The position numbers were made by a program, and so were the translations under genes. A stretch of DNA of 64,000 nt from a virus. Taxonomy: Duplodnaviria; Caudoviricetes. The notes below the pieces were generated by a model. It did no database searches and had not been told where the DNA came from. It saw nothing but the letters and a program-made list of their open reading frames with translations. This document shows positions 54,770-62,305 of this stretch, piece by piece (the first letter of the stretch is position 1; each line of letters starts with the position of its first letter). Location: the IMG/VR virus record IMGVR_UViG_2731957753_000001, positions 1 to 64,000 of that record; one strand, 5' to 3'.

Positions 54770-54844
54770 TGGCAGTGGTCGGATTTGAACCGACGTCCTC
54801 TTGGGTATGAACCAAGCGCGCTCACCGAACTGCGCCACACTGCT
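54770..54844 (-). tRNA. tRNA-Met (CAT), initiator-like, CCA not encoded
   Basis: Cloverleaf AGCAGTG/CACTGCC, D-arm GCGC/GCGC, anticodon arm CTTGG-TTCATAC-CCAAG, T-arm GTCGG-TTCAAAT-CCGAC. Confidence 0.92.
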
Positions 54845-55403
54845 ATGAGGCAGGCACCCTTGCGGGCGGTCTGCCATGTAGTCGCCCACCGAAGCGGACT
54901 GGTGGGCTCTACCCCACTGCTCGGCATCCCAGAACCTTGTGGGCTCCGTCTGCCGCAATTACTAAACCCGCCGCCAAAGACAACGGGTGGTATTCCAATG
55001 TCCGCAGGGGGAGGCCGAAGCCCGCAAGTCCCGCGGCCCAGTATGCGGCCCCGACGCAAGGGGTGATCAAGTCCGCAATACGCCGGGGCGGTTCAGAAAA
55101 GACCCCAAGCTACGAGAGCATGGGGTGGGCGACCCGATACAACGCCTCAGGTAAGGCGTTCCCCGCTCGCTTCAACCGCAACTGCTGGTCTTTACACGAC
55201 AAGGCCCACCGGCACGGGGAAGATCATGCCCCCGGCGACTTGCATCAGCGGCCCACCGGGGGTTTCGCGAAGGTTGGGTGCCCGATTCCATCGGGAGACC
55301 GACCCCACTTCGGCACCCCAGAGGATGCCGCAACCGATGCCCACCAAGCCGGAACGCCGACTGGATTTGGGCCCAAGTATCCGAAGACAGGGTCTCACAA
55401 GTA
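54845..55403 (-). ncRNA. Candidate large structured ncRNA co-transcribed with tRNA-Met
   Basis: No credible ORF; three cUUCGg loops, a GCAA loop, many stems and long-range GAGACC/GGTCTC pairing; promoter upstream. Confidence 0.6.
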
Positions 55404-55409
55404 GGTAGG

Positions 55410-55439
55410 ATTTTGCAAGTTTTGTTGCCGATTTGACAA
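55410..55439 (-). promoter_or_regulatory. Putative promoter of the ncRNA/tRNA transcript
   Basis: TTGTCA-N18-CAAAAT in an AT-rich segment. Confidence 0.5.
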
Positions 55440-55516
55440 GTATCTACCGCTTTTACCGCCCGCCAAAACGGCCCCCACCTGCAAAACAATCGCAAAATGT
55501 GATTTGTCCCACAATT

Positions 55517-56191
55517 CTAGGCTGCTGCCCGTTCGGGCGCCTCACTCGCTCGCAGGTCCTCGATGTGGTCGACCAAGCCGGGCGTCAACCGGAACCACTC
55601 CCTGGTATGCCGCGCCGACCGGAACTGTCCGTGGCGCTTCTTCTCCAGCTTCCGCGCGCCGAACTCGATCGCCGGCACTTCATCGTGCACGAGATTCGAA
55701 AGGCGGACGCCCAGGTTGCCCGTGTATCCGATTTTCAGATACGGGCCGAACCGCAGGTAGTAGACGACGCTCTTCCCAAACCCGTGAAACAGATGCGATT
55801 GCGTAAGCCGCCGCCGGTACTCGCGTTCATCACGCTCGAACGAACAGGACACGCACCGCGTGGTCTCACCGAGACTGTCCACCCACAACGTGTCGCGATC
55901 ACCGCATCCAGGACAACTCCACCGCAACCGCTCCGCGTCCGCGGGTACTACCTCGCGGACCTTCTCCTCACGCTCGAACTCGAACGCCCGCAAAGTCTCG
56001 GTAGCGACGTTGAAGTCCCGGATAGCTTTCTGCCAGTGCCAGGTACACAAGCTGACGGACGAGGCGAACGCGTCCGCTGCTGGCACGTCGCAATCAGGCT
56101 GCCCGCAAAGCGCGTGGCCGAAGGCCGACTCTGCGCTCCACTGCCTCCCAAACCCTGCCTTGTAGTGATACGTCGACGATTCGCTAGAAAT
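55517..56191 (-). CDS. Zinc-finger plus GIY-YIG-like (T5orf172/MUG113) protein; start uncertain (ATT 56191 or GTG 56086)
   Basis: VVYYLRFGPYLKIGYTGNLGVRL...E...HGQF...EWF; CxxC ribbon; the frame is open upstream and includes the CGQPDC...CTWH finger. Confidence 0.75.
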   Translation of the reverse strand: MSSESSTYHYKAGFGRQWSAESAFGHALCGQPDCDVPAADAFASSVSLCTWHWQKAIRDFNVATETLRAFEFEREEKVREVVPADAERLRWSCPGCGDRDTLWVDSLGETTRCVSCSFERDEREYRRRLTQSHLFHGFGKSVVYYLRFGPYLKIGYTGNLGVRLSNLVHDEVPAIEFGARKLEKKRHGQFRSARHTREWFRLTPGLVDHIEDLRASEAPERAAA

Positions 56192-56199
56192 AGCAACCC

Positions 56200-56252
56200 C
56201 CGTGCTGGTTTGACCTTGCTTCTATTCTCTCGCGCTGGTCAAACCACGAATT
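56200..56252. promoter_or_regulatory. Repeated motif copy 5 (minus) overlapped by an inverted copy (plus) that shares the -10 region
   Basis: Minus: AATTCG TGGTTTGACCAGCGCGA GAGAAT. Plus: TGGTTTGACCTTGCTTC TATTCT. Confidence 0.7.
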
Positions 56253-56856
56253 ACGCCGCTCTCCACCCGTACAGCGCGAGGACTTTCGGGATGTCTGGTG
56301 GCATGTAGGTGGGCGGTTTGACGATCTTATTTGCGTCGTTTCGCAGCACTTTCCCGCCCACGATCTTGCTGAGGTTGGACGCCTGAACTGACCTCCAGAC
56401 TGCTTCCATCGGCAACGCGAGGATCGAACCGAGTGCCGCAACCGACAGGACCAGGATTTCGGCGTAGTTGCAGGTGAGATGGTGTTCGCGCCGTTCGACT
56501 GCATATTTGAGGTTCGCGACCGCGCTCTCGATCTTCTCCGGGTAGTCCGTGAATTCGCTGTCGTACACATCCCATCCGGGCGCACGATGGGTGATGTTGA
56601 CGAGGTTCGGCAGATCAACAAGCGCACGCCCGCCGATCCGCAGAATCAGACCAGCGGTTACGTAGAGCAGGTCCGCGATTCCGTCGGCTACCTCGATCAT
56701 GTCCCGCGCGTTGAGGGCGTCACACAGTTCGCCGGCTTCCTCGTCGATCAGTGCGAGCGCGAGATCGATATCGGGGTGCGGCGGCCAACCGGGCTCATTC
56801 AACAGCAGGACATCGGCCGCACGGTTGAAGGTTTCGACGTCAGAGAGCAGGTCCAT
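56251..56856 (-). CDS. MazG-like / PRA-PH nucleotide pyrophosphohydrolase
   Basis: LIDEEAGEL...EVADGIADLLYV...VQASNLSK...KIVKPPTY. Confidence 0.88.
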   Translation of the reverse strand: MDLLSDVETFNRAADVLLLNEPGWPPHPDIDLALALIDEEAGELCDALNARDMIEVADGIADLLYVTAGLILRIGGRALVDLPNLVNITHRAPGWDVYDSEFTDYPEKIESAVANLKYAVERREHHLTCNYAEILVLSVAALGSILALPMEAVWRSVQASNLSKIVGGKVLRNDANKIVKPPTYMPPDIPKVLALYGWRAA

Positions 56857-57163
56857 GCTCGGGTTCCTTTCGTGCACAGCAGCCGCAGCAACCGTGGATG
56901 GTGTTGGCGAGTTGCCCGGTTTCCTCCCAGTACGCGTACTGGTCGGGGTCTGGGTGGCCGATGCCGTGTTCGGGGCACAGTCGTTCGAAGATGCCGCGGT
57001 CGTCCCGCCAGAGCAGCGTCCAAGCCCGCATGTGGTGGTCGGTGGGTGCGTGGATGACGCAGGCCCGTCCTTGACAAGCGGTTTCGGGGTGGACGTTGAC
57101 GAGTTCGCTGATGGCGGCCCCGAACCCATATCGGTCGGTGGCGAGCACCTGGAAGCCGCTCAC
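56840..57163 (-). CDS. Cys/His-rich hypothetical protein (107 aa)
   Basis: ERLCPEHGIGHPDPD...HGCCGCC; GTG at 57163. Confidence 0.7.
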   Translation of the reverse strand: MSGFQVLATDRYGFGAAISELVNVHPETACQGRACVIHAPTDHHMRAWTLLWRDDRGIFERLCPEHGIGHPDPDQYAYWEETGQLANTIHGCCGCCARKEPEHGPAL

Positions 57164-57765
57164 TTCTCCCCCAGCGATTCGAGGCAGCTGGTGAGGAAGT
57201 CGGCGGGCAGGTCGCCGTCGATTTCCATGCCGCGGCCGATGTACTTGTAGAAGTTCACTTCGGCCCCGGTTGGCTTGTACAGGAAGTTGGGCCGCATCTC
57301 GGGGCATGTCTTCATGTGCGGGTTCTCGCGCTCCCATGCCTGATAGGCAGGTTCCCGCTCGCAGGTGCAGTGCATCATCGCACCCGTTTCGGGCAGTCCC
57401 CATTCGCGGGCGATCTCGAAGCAGTCGACCTCGTCATGCGCGGGCAGGTTGGGGTCGTATTCGCTGTCGCGGTAGTTCCATGCGCCGCGCCGCTCCAGTT
57501 CGGATTGGTAGCAGGTGTTCGAGTGGGGGTGGGCGTCGAGCCATTCCGCCGACAGTTCCTGCCAGCCGCACAAACAGTCGCCCCACCAGAACGGGAACAT
57601 GGAGAACACGCTGGTCTCGTAATCGAACCCGTAGCCGTCTGGCCCGCCGAGCCCGCCGGCGAGTTGTTCACCGGTCACCTTGGCGATTGCGCGGGTCAAA
57701 TGTCGGAGGTCGGTAGATACTTTGTCGCTGCTGATGGCAGGCAGGACGATCCGCAGTTCGGTCAC
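57160..57765 (-). CDS. Hypothetical protein (201 aa)
   Basis: PFWWGDCLCG...PNFLYKPTGAEVNFYKYIGRGME, a conserved-looking phage family. Confidence 0.75.
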   Translation of the reverse strand: MTELRIVLPAISSDKVSTDLRHLTRAIAKVTGEQLAGGLGGPDGYGFDYETSVFSMFPFWWGDCLCGWQELSAEWLDAHPHSNTCYQSELERRGAWNYRDSEYDPNLPAHDEVDCFEIAREWGLPETGAMMHCTCEREPAYQAWERENPHMKTCPEMRPNFLYKPTGAEVNFYKYIGRGMEIDGDLPADFLTSCLESLGEK

Positions 57766-57944
57766 TGGTCTGCTTTCTCGATTTCATGAGTACGGAACAC
57801 GCATTCGGGGTGCAGGTCGCCGCTCTCATCCTCGATGGTGAACGCGACACCCACCGTGTCTCCGGACGTGTAGAGGACGACGCCCGCGAGACGGTCAGCG
57901 CCGAACGGGATCCACACCTTGTCACCGGGTTTCAGCGTCCCCAT
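57762..57944 (-). CDS. Small SH3-like hypothetical protein (60 aa)
   Basis: LKPGDKVWIPF; GGAGG RBS. Confidence 0.6.
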   Translation of the reverse strand: MGTLKPGDKVWIPFGADRLAGVVLYTSGDTVGVAFTIEDESGDLHPECVFRTHEIEKADQ

Positions 57945-58171
57945 CCGAGCCTCCTGAGGTTGCGTGCACGTGCACCGTGTTCTTTCTTCATGTACGTGCG
58001 GACAACGGCCCGGTCGTGGCGGCGGCAAAGCCAATGCCCACCACCGAGTGGCACTTTGAACCATTCGTGCGCGATGTTGTCGATCACGCACCAGACCATG
58101 GTTCCCTCGCAGTGGCAGAGCACCCCAATACGGTGCGCGTAATACCACCAATCGGCGAGTTTGGTTCTCAC
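57932..58171 (-). CDS. Hypothetical protein (79 aa)
   Basis: Coupled ORF. Confidence 0.55.
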   Translation of the reverse strand: MRTKLADWWYYAHRIGVLCHCEGTMVWCVIDNIAHEWFKVPLGGGHWLCRRHDRAVVRTYMKKEHGARARNLRRLGWGR

Positions 58172-58323
58172 TGCGCCTGTCCCAGCGCGGTCACGAGCAT
58201 CGTTTTCACCAGATCCATTGCCTGTTCTTCATCGAATCCGGCCTGCACGTATGCTTCGTACTGGTCGTACAGCAGGGCTGCGTGCTGGCGGGTGTTCGCA
58301 GCGGGTTCGAAATAGGGGTTCAT
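58168..58323 (-). CDS. Hypothetical protein (51 aa)
   Basis: MNPYFEP...YEAYVQAGFDEEQAMDLV; coupled at both ends. Confidence 0.6.
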   Translation of the reverse strand: MNPYFEPAANTRQHAALLYDQYEAYVQAGFDEEQAMDLVKTMLVTALGQAQ

Positions 58324-58994
58324 TCCAAAACTCCTTCGGGCAAGGGCGCGCCCAGGTCGTACGCGAGTGCTCGGTAGTTTTCAGGCGCCCAGTTCATGCC
58401 GCACGCCAAGCATTCGGCGCTGGACTGGCTGGCTTGCAGCACGTATTTGCGCACCATCTCCCCCGCCCCGTCATCCACCGACAGATACGTTTCACCGCAG
58501 GACGGGCAGGCTGCACGTAGCTCGTAGGTGTGCCGCTGGTCGGGTGCGAGCATGCTGTTGGCGCGCTCTACCCATTGTTCGACGGTGCGGGTCATGCGTT
58601 TCAGGTCCGCCAACTCGTCAGGCGTCCACGGCCAGTCGCACAGCGTGTACAGGCGGGCAACGGTCGGCTGATGTTCGGCACTGTCGACGTTCGGCCACCA
58701 CGAGCGAACAGTGCGGTCGATATCGTCGAGCAGGGAGATCGCGGAAACGTTCCCTGGCGCTGCGGAACCATGCGTGGCCCGCCGAACCGACTCGCTGCCT
58801 TGCTTCTCCCCGAACCGAAGCTCCTGCAACTCCTGGTACAGGCTGTCCAGGATCACATGCTCACGCATAAAATCGTCACGCTCAATCGAATCCGCACGCA
58901 AACCCACCAACAGGTGCACGGCATCGCTGAATGCAGTGCGCGCGCCGGCGACTAGCTCAGGAGTCTCGGTCAATCTCGTCTCCGTTGTCTTCAA
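58320..58994 (-). CDS. Conserved actinophage protein with C-terminal zinc ribbon (possible transcriptional regulator)
   Basis: DSLYQEL...ISLLDDID...CPSCG...CLACGMNW. Confidence 0.75.
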   Translation of the reverse strand: MKTTETRLTETPELVAGARTAFSDAVHLLVGLRADSIERDDFMREHVILDSLYQELQELRFGEKQGSESVRRATHGSAAPGNVSAISLLDDIDRTVRSWWPNVDSAEHQPTVARLYTLCDWPWTPDELADLKRMTRTVEQWVERANSMLAPDQRHTYELRAACPSCGETYLSVDDGAGEMVRKYVLQASQSSAECLACGMNWAPENYRALAYDLGAPLPEGVLE

Positions 58995-59106
58995 CCCACT
59001 CGTAGATGCACATGCCGTCGTGGCCGATTCCGACGCGGACGGGTTTCATTCGCGGGAGGTCGGCAGGCAGTAGCCCTCCGACCGTGTACTTCTCGTCGCC
59101 GCTCAT
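58957..59106 (-). CDS. Hypothetical protein (49 aa)
   Basis: ATGA coupling; MSGDEKYTVGG... Confidence 0.45.
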   Translation of the reverse strand: MSGDEKYTVGGLLPADLPRMKPVRVGIGHDGMCIYEWVEDNGDEIDRDS

Positions 59107-59462
59107 CGGCCGGGGTGCTGCATCTTGGAGAGGTTCGCGATCCGCTGGACACTCTTCGCGGCCTCGGCGACGTCGGTCACGTTGATAGTCACCGAGTGAT
59201 CCGCCGAAACCGCGTCCCGCCGAAGCTTCGTGTTCTCCTCGGACAGTTCACGGATCGCCTCGTTGCGGGCTTTCACCATCCCCGCCCACGCAATGCAGGC
59301 AACGTTCAATACACCGATGGTGAGCAGCAGGAACCCATCGAGGTAGTGGGTAGTGGCGAAGTTCAACACGGATATAGCGAACACGATCCCGGCAAGGACA
59401 CGGGCCGAGGTGCTCGCCGTGTTCCACGCGAGAACGAACACGGATTTGAGGCTTCCGAGCAT
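59103..59462 (-). CDS. Membrane protein (2 TM plus coiled coil, 119 aa)
   Basis: Hydropathy; ATG at 59462. Confidence 0.65.
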   Translation of the reverse strand: MLGSLKSVFVLAWNTASTSARVLAGIVFAISVLNFATTHYLDGFLLLTIGVLNVACIAWAGMVKARNEAIRELSEENTKLRRDAVSADHSVTINVTDVAEAAKSVQRIANLSKMQHPGR

Positions 59463-59974
59463 TATTTCTCTCCGGACTGGACGGCGGGAACGGTGTCGAC
59501 GAACGAGCATTCGCGGCCGTGGGTGCCGGACCACTGCCACTTCTTCTTGCAGGACAGTTCGAGCACGTCACCGCGTTTCACGGCAGCGCAACGGGTGTCA
59601 TCGCACCGGTAGTCGATGGCTTCACCGGTGAACCGGACTGCGAACATTTCGGACATGCCGCCCGCACCGTCGCCGAGCATCCGGGATTCGATCTGCGCTA
59701 CTTCACCGCGCACGGGTCGATGCTGGTGATATTCCCAGTTGAAAGGCCACCACACGGCCACGAACACACCGACGGTGCACAGCGCCGCAAAGAGGCCGCC
59801 GACGGCAACCCCGATCGCGAGCCCTGTATCGCCGTACCGCTGGTCTTTCTCATGCTGGTACCCGAGGTAGCCGAGTCCAGCTACAGCAAGGAACAGCAGA
59901 ACAATGATTGCGGCGGCGGGAAGTCCGATCAATGTTCCAGCCGAATACCGGACGTCACTGATGGGCTCAAGCAT
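59462..59974 (-). CDS. Membrane protein (2 TM plus OB-like extracellular domain)
   Basis: Two hydrophobic helices; YRCDDTRC. Confidence 0.75.
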   Translation of the reverse strand: MLEPISDVRYSAGTLIGLPAAAIIVLLFLAVAGLGYLGYQHEKDQRYGDTGLAIGVAVGGLFAALCTVGVFVAVWWPFNWEYHQHRPVRGEVAQIESRMLGDGAGGMSEMFAVRFTGEAIDYRCDDTRCAAVKRGDVLELSCKKKWQWSGTHGRECSFVDTVPAVQSGEK

Positions 59975-60221
59975 TGGGTTTCTCCTGGTTCGGGAAAATA
60001 TCGTTGGGTGTCGTCGGCCGGTGCATAATTACGTGCGCGTTCCGGACGGCTTGTATTTCCTCGGCATTCAACGGCCGACCTTCATACACCAAGCAGTTGT
60101 GTGTCACGCAATAGAATCGGACGGCCGTAACAGGTTTACTCATCTTCGGCCGATTCCAATAGGCCACCCAAAACAGCAGGCCAGCACACACCCACCGCAA
60201 CACCCACTCCACTAATCGCAA
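59967..60221 (-). CDS. Small membrane-anchored hypothetical protein
   Basis: Overlapping ORF. Confidence 0.45.
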   Translation of the reverse strand: MRLVEWVLRWVCAGLLFWVAYWNRPKMSKPVTAVRFYCVTHNCLVYEGRPLNAEEIQAVRNAHVIMHRPTTPNDIFPNQEKPNA

Positions 60222-60487
60222 TCCGGTCCACCGGGCTCCCCTTCCCGAGCCGCACCTGTCAGGAACTCGACAGCCCCAGCGATTTCCTGCCGTTCACTGT
60301 CGGGGATCAACCCACTGCTGTAGTCCGGTGACTGTATGCCCGCGAACCCCTGGATCGCGTCGTGAATGGCAATCAACGCATTCAACTGTGCACCCTGCAC
60401 CTCGAATGTGGAGGGCTGCCCAAACCCTGACCGCAGGTGCAGCAGTTTCGCTATTCTTCGAGCGTTCTCGATCGGCTCCATGTTCAC
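60212..60487 (-). CDS. Hypothetical protein (91 aa)
   Basis: GAGGAG RBS. Confidence 0.6.
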   Translation of the reverse strand: MNMEPIENARRIAKLLHLRSGFGQPSTFEVQGAQLNALIAIHDAIQGFAGIQSPDYSSGLIPDSERQEIAGAVEFLTGAAREGEPGGPDCD

Positions 60488-60612
60488 TCCTCGTCAAAGT
60501 CGACGGCAAGGAGACGAACAGTTCGCGGAGGGCCTTCATCGTCGGAGTGCGGCCATTCTGTCGGCCGACTATTCTCGAATAGATCCACTACCCACCTCCT
60601 TGCCTTAAAACA

Positions 60613-60641
60613 AGAATATGGCGGGAGTCAAACCACGAATT
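60613..60641 (-). promoter_or_regulatory. Repeated phage promoter-like motif, copy 6
   Basis: AATTCG TGGTTTGACTCCCGCCA TATTCT. Confidence 0.72.
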
Positions 60642-60646
60642 CGACG

Positions 60647-60832
60647 CTAATTCTCGCCGCAGAAAAGCCGATGCCCGCGCGTGTACTTGCTCAACTGTTC
60701 ACGAGACAACGACTGCTCGAAATCATCCACTTGTCCGCAGGCTCGACAGAACCAGAACGTCCAACCAAAGTCGTCGACGTAAGCGGTCGCGGGCGGCTCA
60801 TGGTCCAGCAGGAGAACGAAACGGCCGCTCAT
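60647..60832 (-). CDS. Small zinc-binding protein (61 aa)
   Basis: CRACG...H...C; ATGA coupling. Confidence 0.6.
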   Translation of the reverse strand: MSGRFVLLLDHEPPATAYVDDFGWTFWFCRACGQVDDFEQSLSREQLSKYTRGHRLFCGEN

Positions 60833-61263
60833 TCCTCGTCGGTATCCTCGGTGTAGATGTCTGCCAGGTCAGCAAATATCGCGTCGTACAGCCCGATTTC
60901 GACCCGGTACCCGTCGCACTGCTCGCACTCATGATCCAAGCCCGCGAGACCATTCCGGGTCGCGATCATCTGGCGCACAACCGACACCCAACGAAGCACA
61001 CGCGCAGGATCATGAGCGGCGATATGTTCCGCGACCCCGATATCCCGCGGTCCTCCACCGCTGTCCCCCTCCCAAATCGGGTCCGCAGCACCATTCACAG
61101 TCACCAAGTCGCAGAATTCATCAACCCGCCACCGTTCGGGCTCCCACGGCGGCCGCTTCTCAGGCCACTTCGTAACCGGTCGCGGCAAGTCCGTCGCAGC
61201 CCGCGCGAGCCGCTCGTCACGCTCCAGGCCGGCCAACAAGCGGGATATCGCATCCGCGCTCAT
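60829..61263 (-). CDS. DUF6221-like protein
   Basis: LLAGLERDERLARAA...HIAAHDPARVLR. Confidence 0.75.
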   Translation of the reverse strand: MSADAISRLLAGLERDERLARAATDLPRPVTKWPEKRPPWEPERWRVDEFCDLVTVNGAADPIWEGDSGGGPRDIGVAEHIAAHDPARVLRWVSVVRQMIATRNGLAGLDHECEQCDGYRVEIGLYDAIFADLADIYTEDTDEE

Positions 61264-61631
61264 GCTGCCCACTCCCACTCCGGATCGAAATCCTCATGCG
61301 CGCGCCACACCCGAGCCAACGGCCGCAGATCATCGTGGAATAGGGTCTCGTCGAGTGTGTCGTCGTCGATGTAGTGCGCCAGCCTCAGGCTCGCGATCAT
61401 GCAACGCAGGGCACGGCACATCTGAAGCGCCCGCGCCGGGTCGTGGCGGGCGATGTGCTCGGCCTCCTTCGGCCACGTGTGCTTGACGACCAGCGTGGAA
61501 TCGGCCGATCGAACCTCGGGCGCATCGGCGGACCACTGGGCAGTAGTCGGCGTGCCTGCCAGAAAGGCCGCACGGGCGATCCGCTCGTCCTCGCCGAGCC
61601 GGGCCTCGATGAACTCCTCGATGGAGGTCAT
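61260..61631 (-). CDS. DUF6221-like protein (paralog)
   Basis: FIEARLGEDERIARAA...HIARHDPARAL...LARVWRAHEDFDPEW. Confidence 0.8.
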   Translation of the reverse strand: MTSIEEFIEARLGEDERIARAAFLAGTPTTAQWSADAPEVRSADSTLVVKHTWPKEAEHIARHDPARALQMCRALRCMIASLRLAHYIDDDTLDETLFHDDLRPLARVWRAHEDFDPEWEWAA

Positions 61632-61894
61632 TTCCGCACGGCCTTCACTGCTTCAGTGACCCCAACCCATATGCCTGCTGCGATAAACAACCCGACAACC
61701 ACCCCGACGGCCTGCGCGGGCCACAACCAGATAGGCATAGCGACCCGCGTCCACGACCAGTCGAGGTTATCGGTGTATTTCAGCAACGCGAAAATGGCCG
61801 TGAGGACGATGTCGACCCTGAGTATTTTCAGCGAGAGGTTCCCGATAGACTTTGCGAGTTTCTTGTTGGGGCTGATTTCTGTTGTTGCGCTCAT
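61628..61894 (-). CDS. Membrane protein (88 aa)
   Basis: LTAIFALLKYTDNLDWSWTRVAMPIW. Confidence 0.7.
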   Translation of the reverse strand: MSATTEISPNKKLAKSIGNLSLKILRVDIVLTAIFALLKYTDNLDWSWTRVAMPIWLWPAQAVGVVVGLFIAAGIWVGVTEAVKAVRK

Positions 61895-62019
61895 TGATTC
61901 ACTTTCTCCAGTATGTCGTCTACCTCGGAAACCAACGCGCAATAGTCCGCGAGCCCAATCACGTATCCTGCGAGCCGCAATTCCATCCACGACATGGCGA
62001 TTGGTCGATCGTCTTCCAT
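61891..62019 (-). CDS. Hypothetical protein (42 aa)
   Basis: GAGGAG RBS; ATGA coupling. Confidence 0.5.
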   Translation of the reverse strand: MEDDRPIAMSWMELRLAGYVIGLADYCALVSEVDDILEKVNQ

Positions 62020-62040
62020 CAGGTCTCCTCGAATAGATCA

Positions 62041-62069
62041 AACGTATTAGGGGTGTCAAACCACCAATT
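62041..62069 (-). promoter_or_regulatory. Repeated phage promoter-like motif, copy 7
   Basis: AATTGG TGGTTTGACACCCCTAA TACGTT. Confidence 0.72.
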
Positions 62070-62074
62070 CCGGG

Positions 62075-62305
62075 TCAAGCAACCCGACGCCATACACTGG
62101 TGTGCACGGTCTGTTCCTCCACCGCAACCGCATATCCACAATCGCGTAGCTGCCGTTCGTACGCGTGCCTGGTGATCTCATCCGCGTACACCTCGAACAG
62201 GTCTCCAGCACTATCCCGGTACGTGATCCGGTACTTGCGCACACTGCGGGCGGGCGGGCTGGGACGGAGTTCGATCGGCTCCAAATCCCGTTCAGTGAGG
62301 TTCAC
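62075..62305 (-). CDS. Hypothetical protein (76 aa)
   Basis: GTGA coupling. Confidence 0.55.
   Translation of the reverse strand: MNLTERDLEPIELRPSPPARSVRKYRITYRDSAGDLFEVYADEITRHAYERQLRDCGYAVAVEEQTVHTSVWRRVA

Noticed and set aside
54845-55403. tmRNA, RNase P RNA or group I intron as the identity of the long RNA
   Set aside because: No tRNA-like tmRNA ends or tag frame, no GAGGAAAGUCC, no recognisable P7 motif
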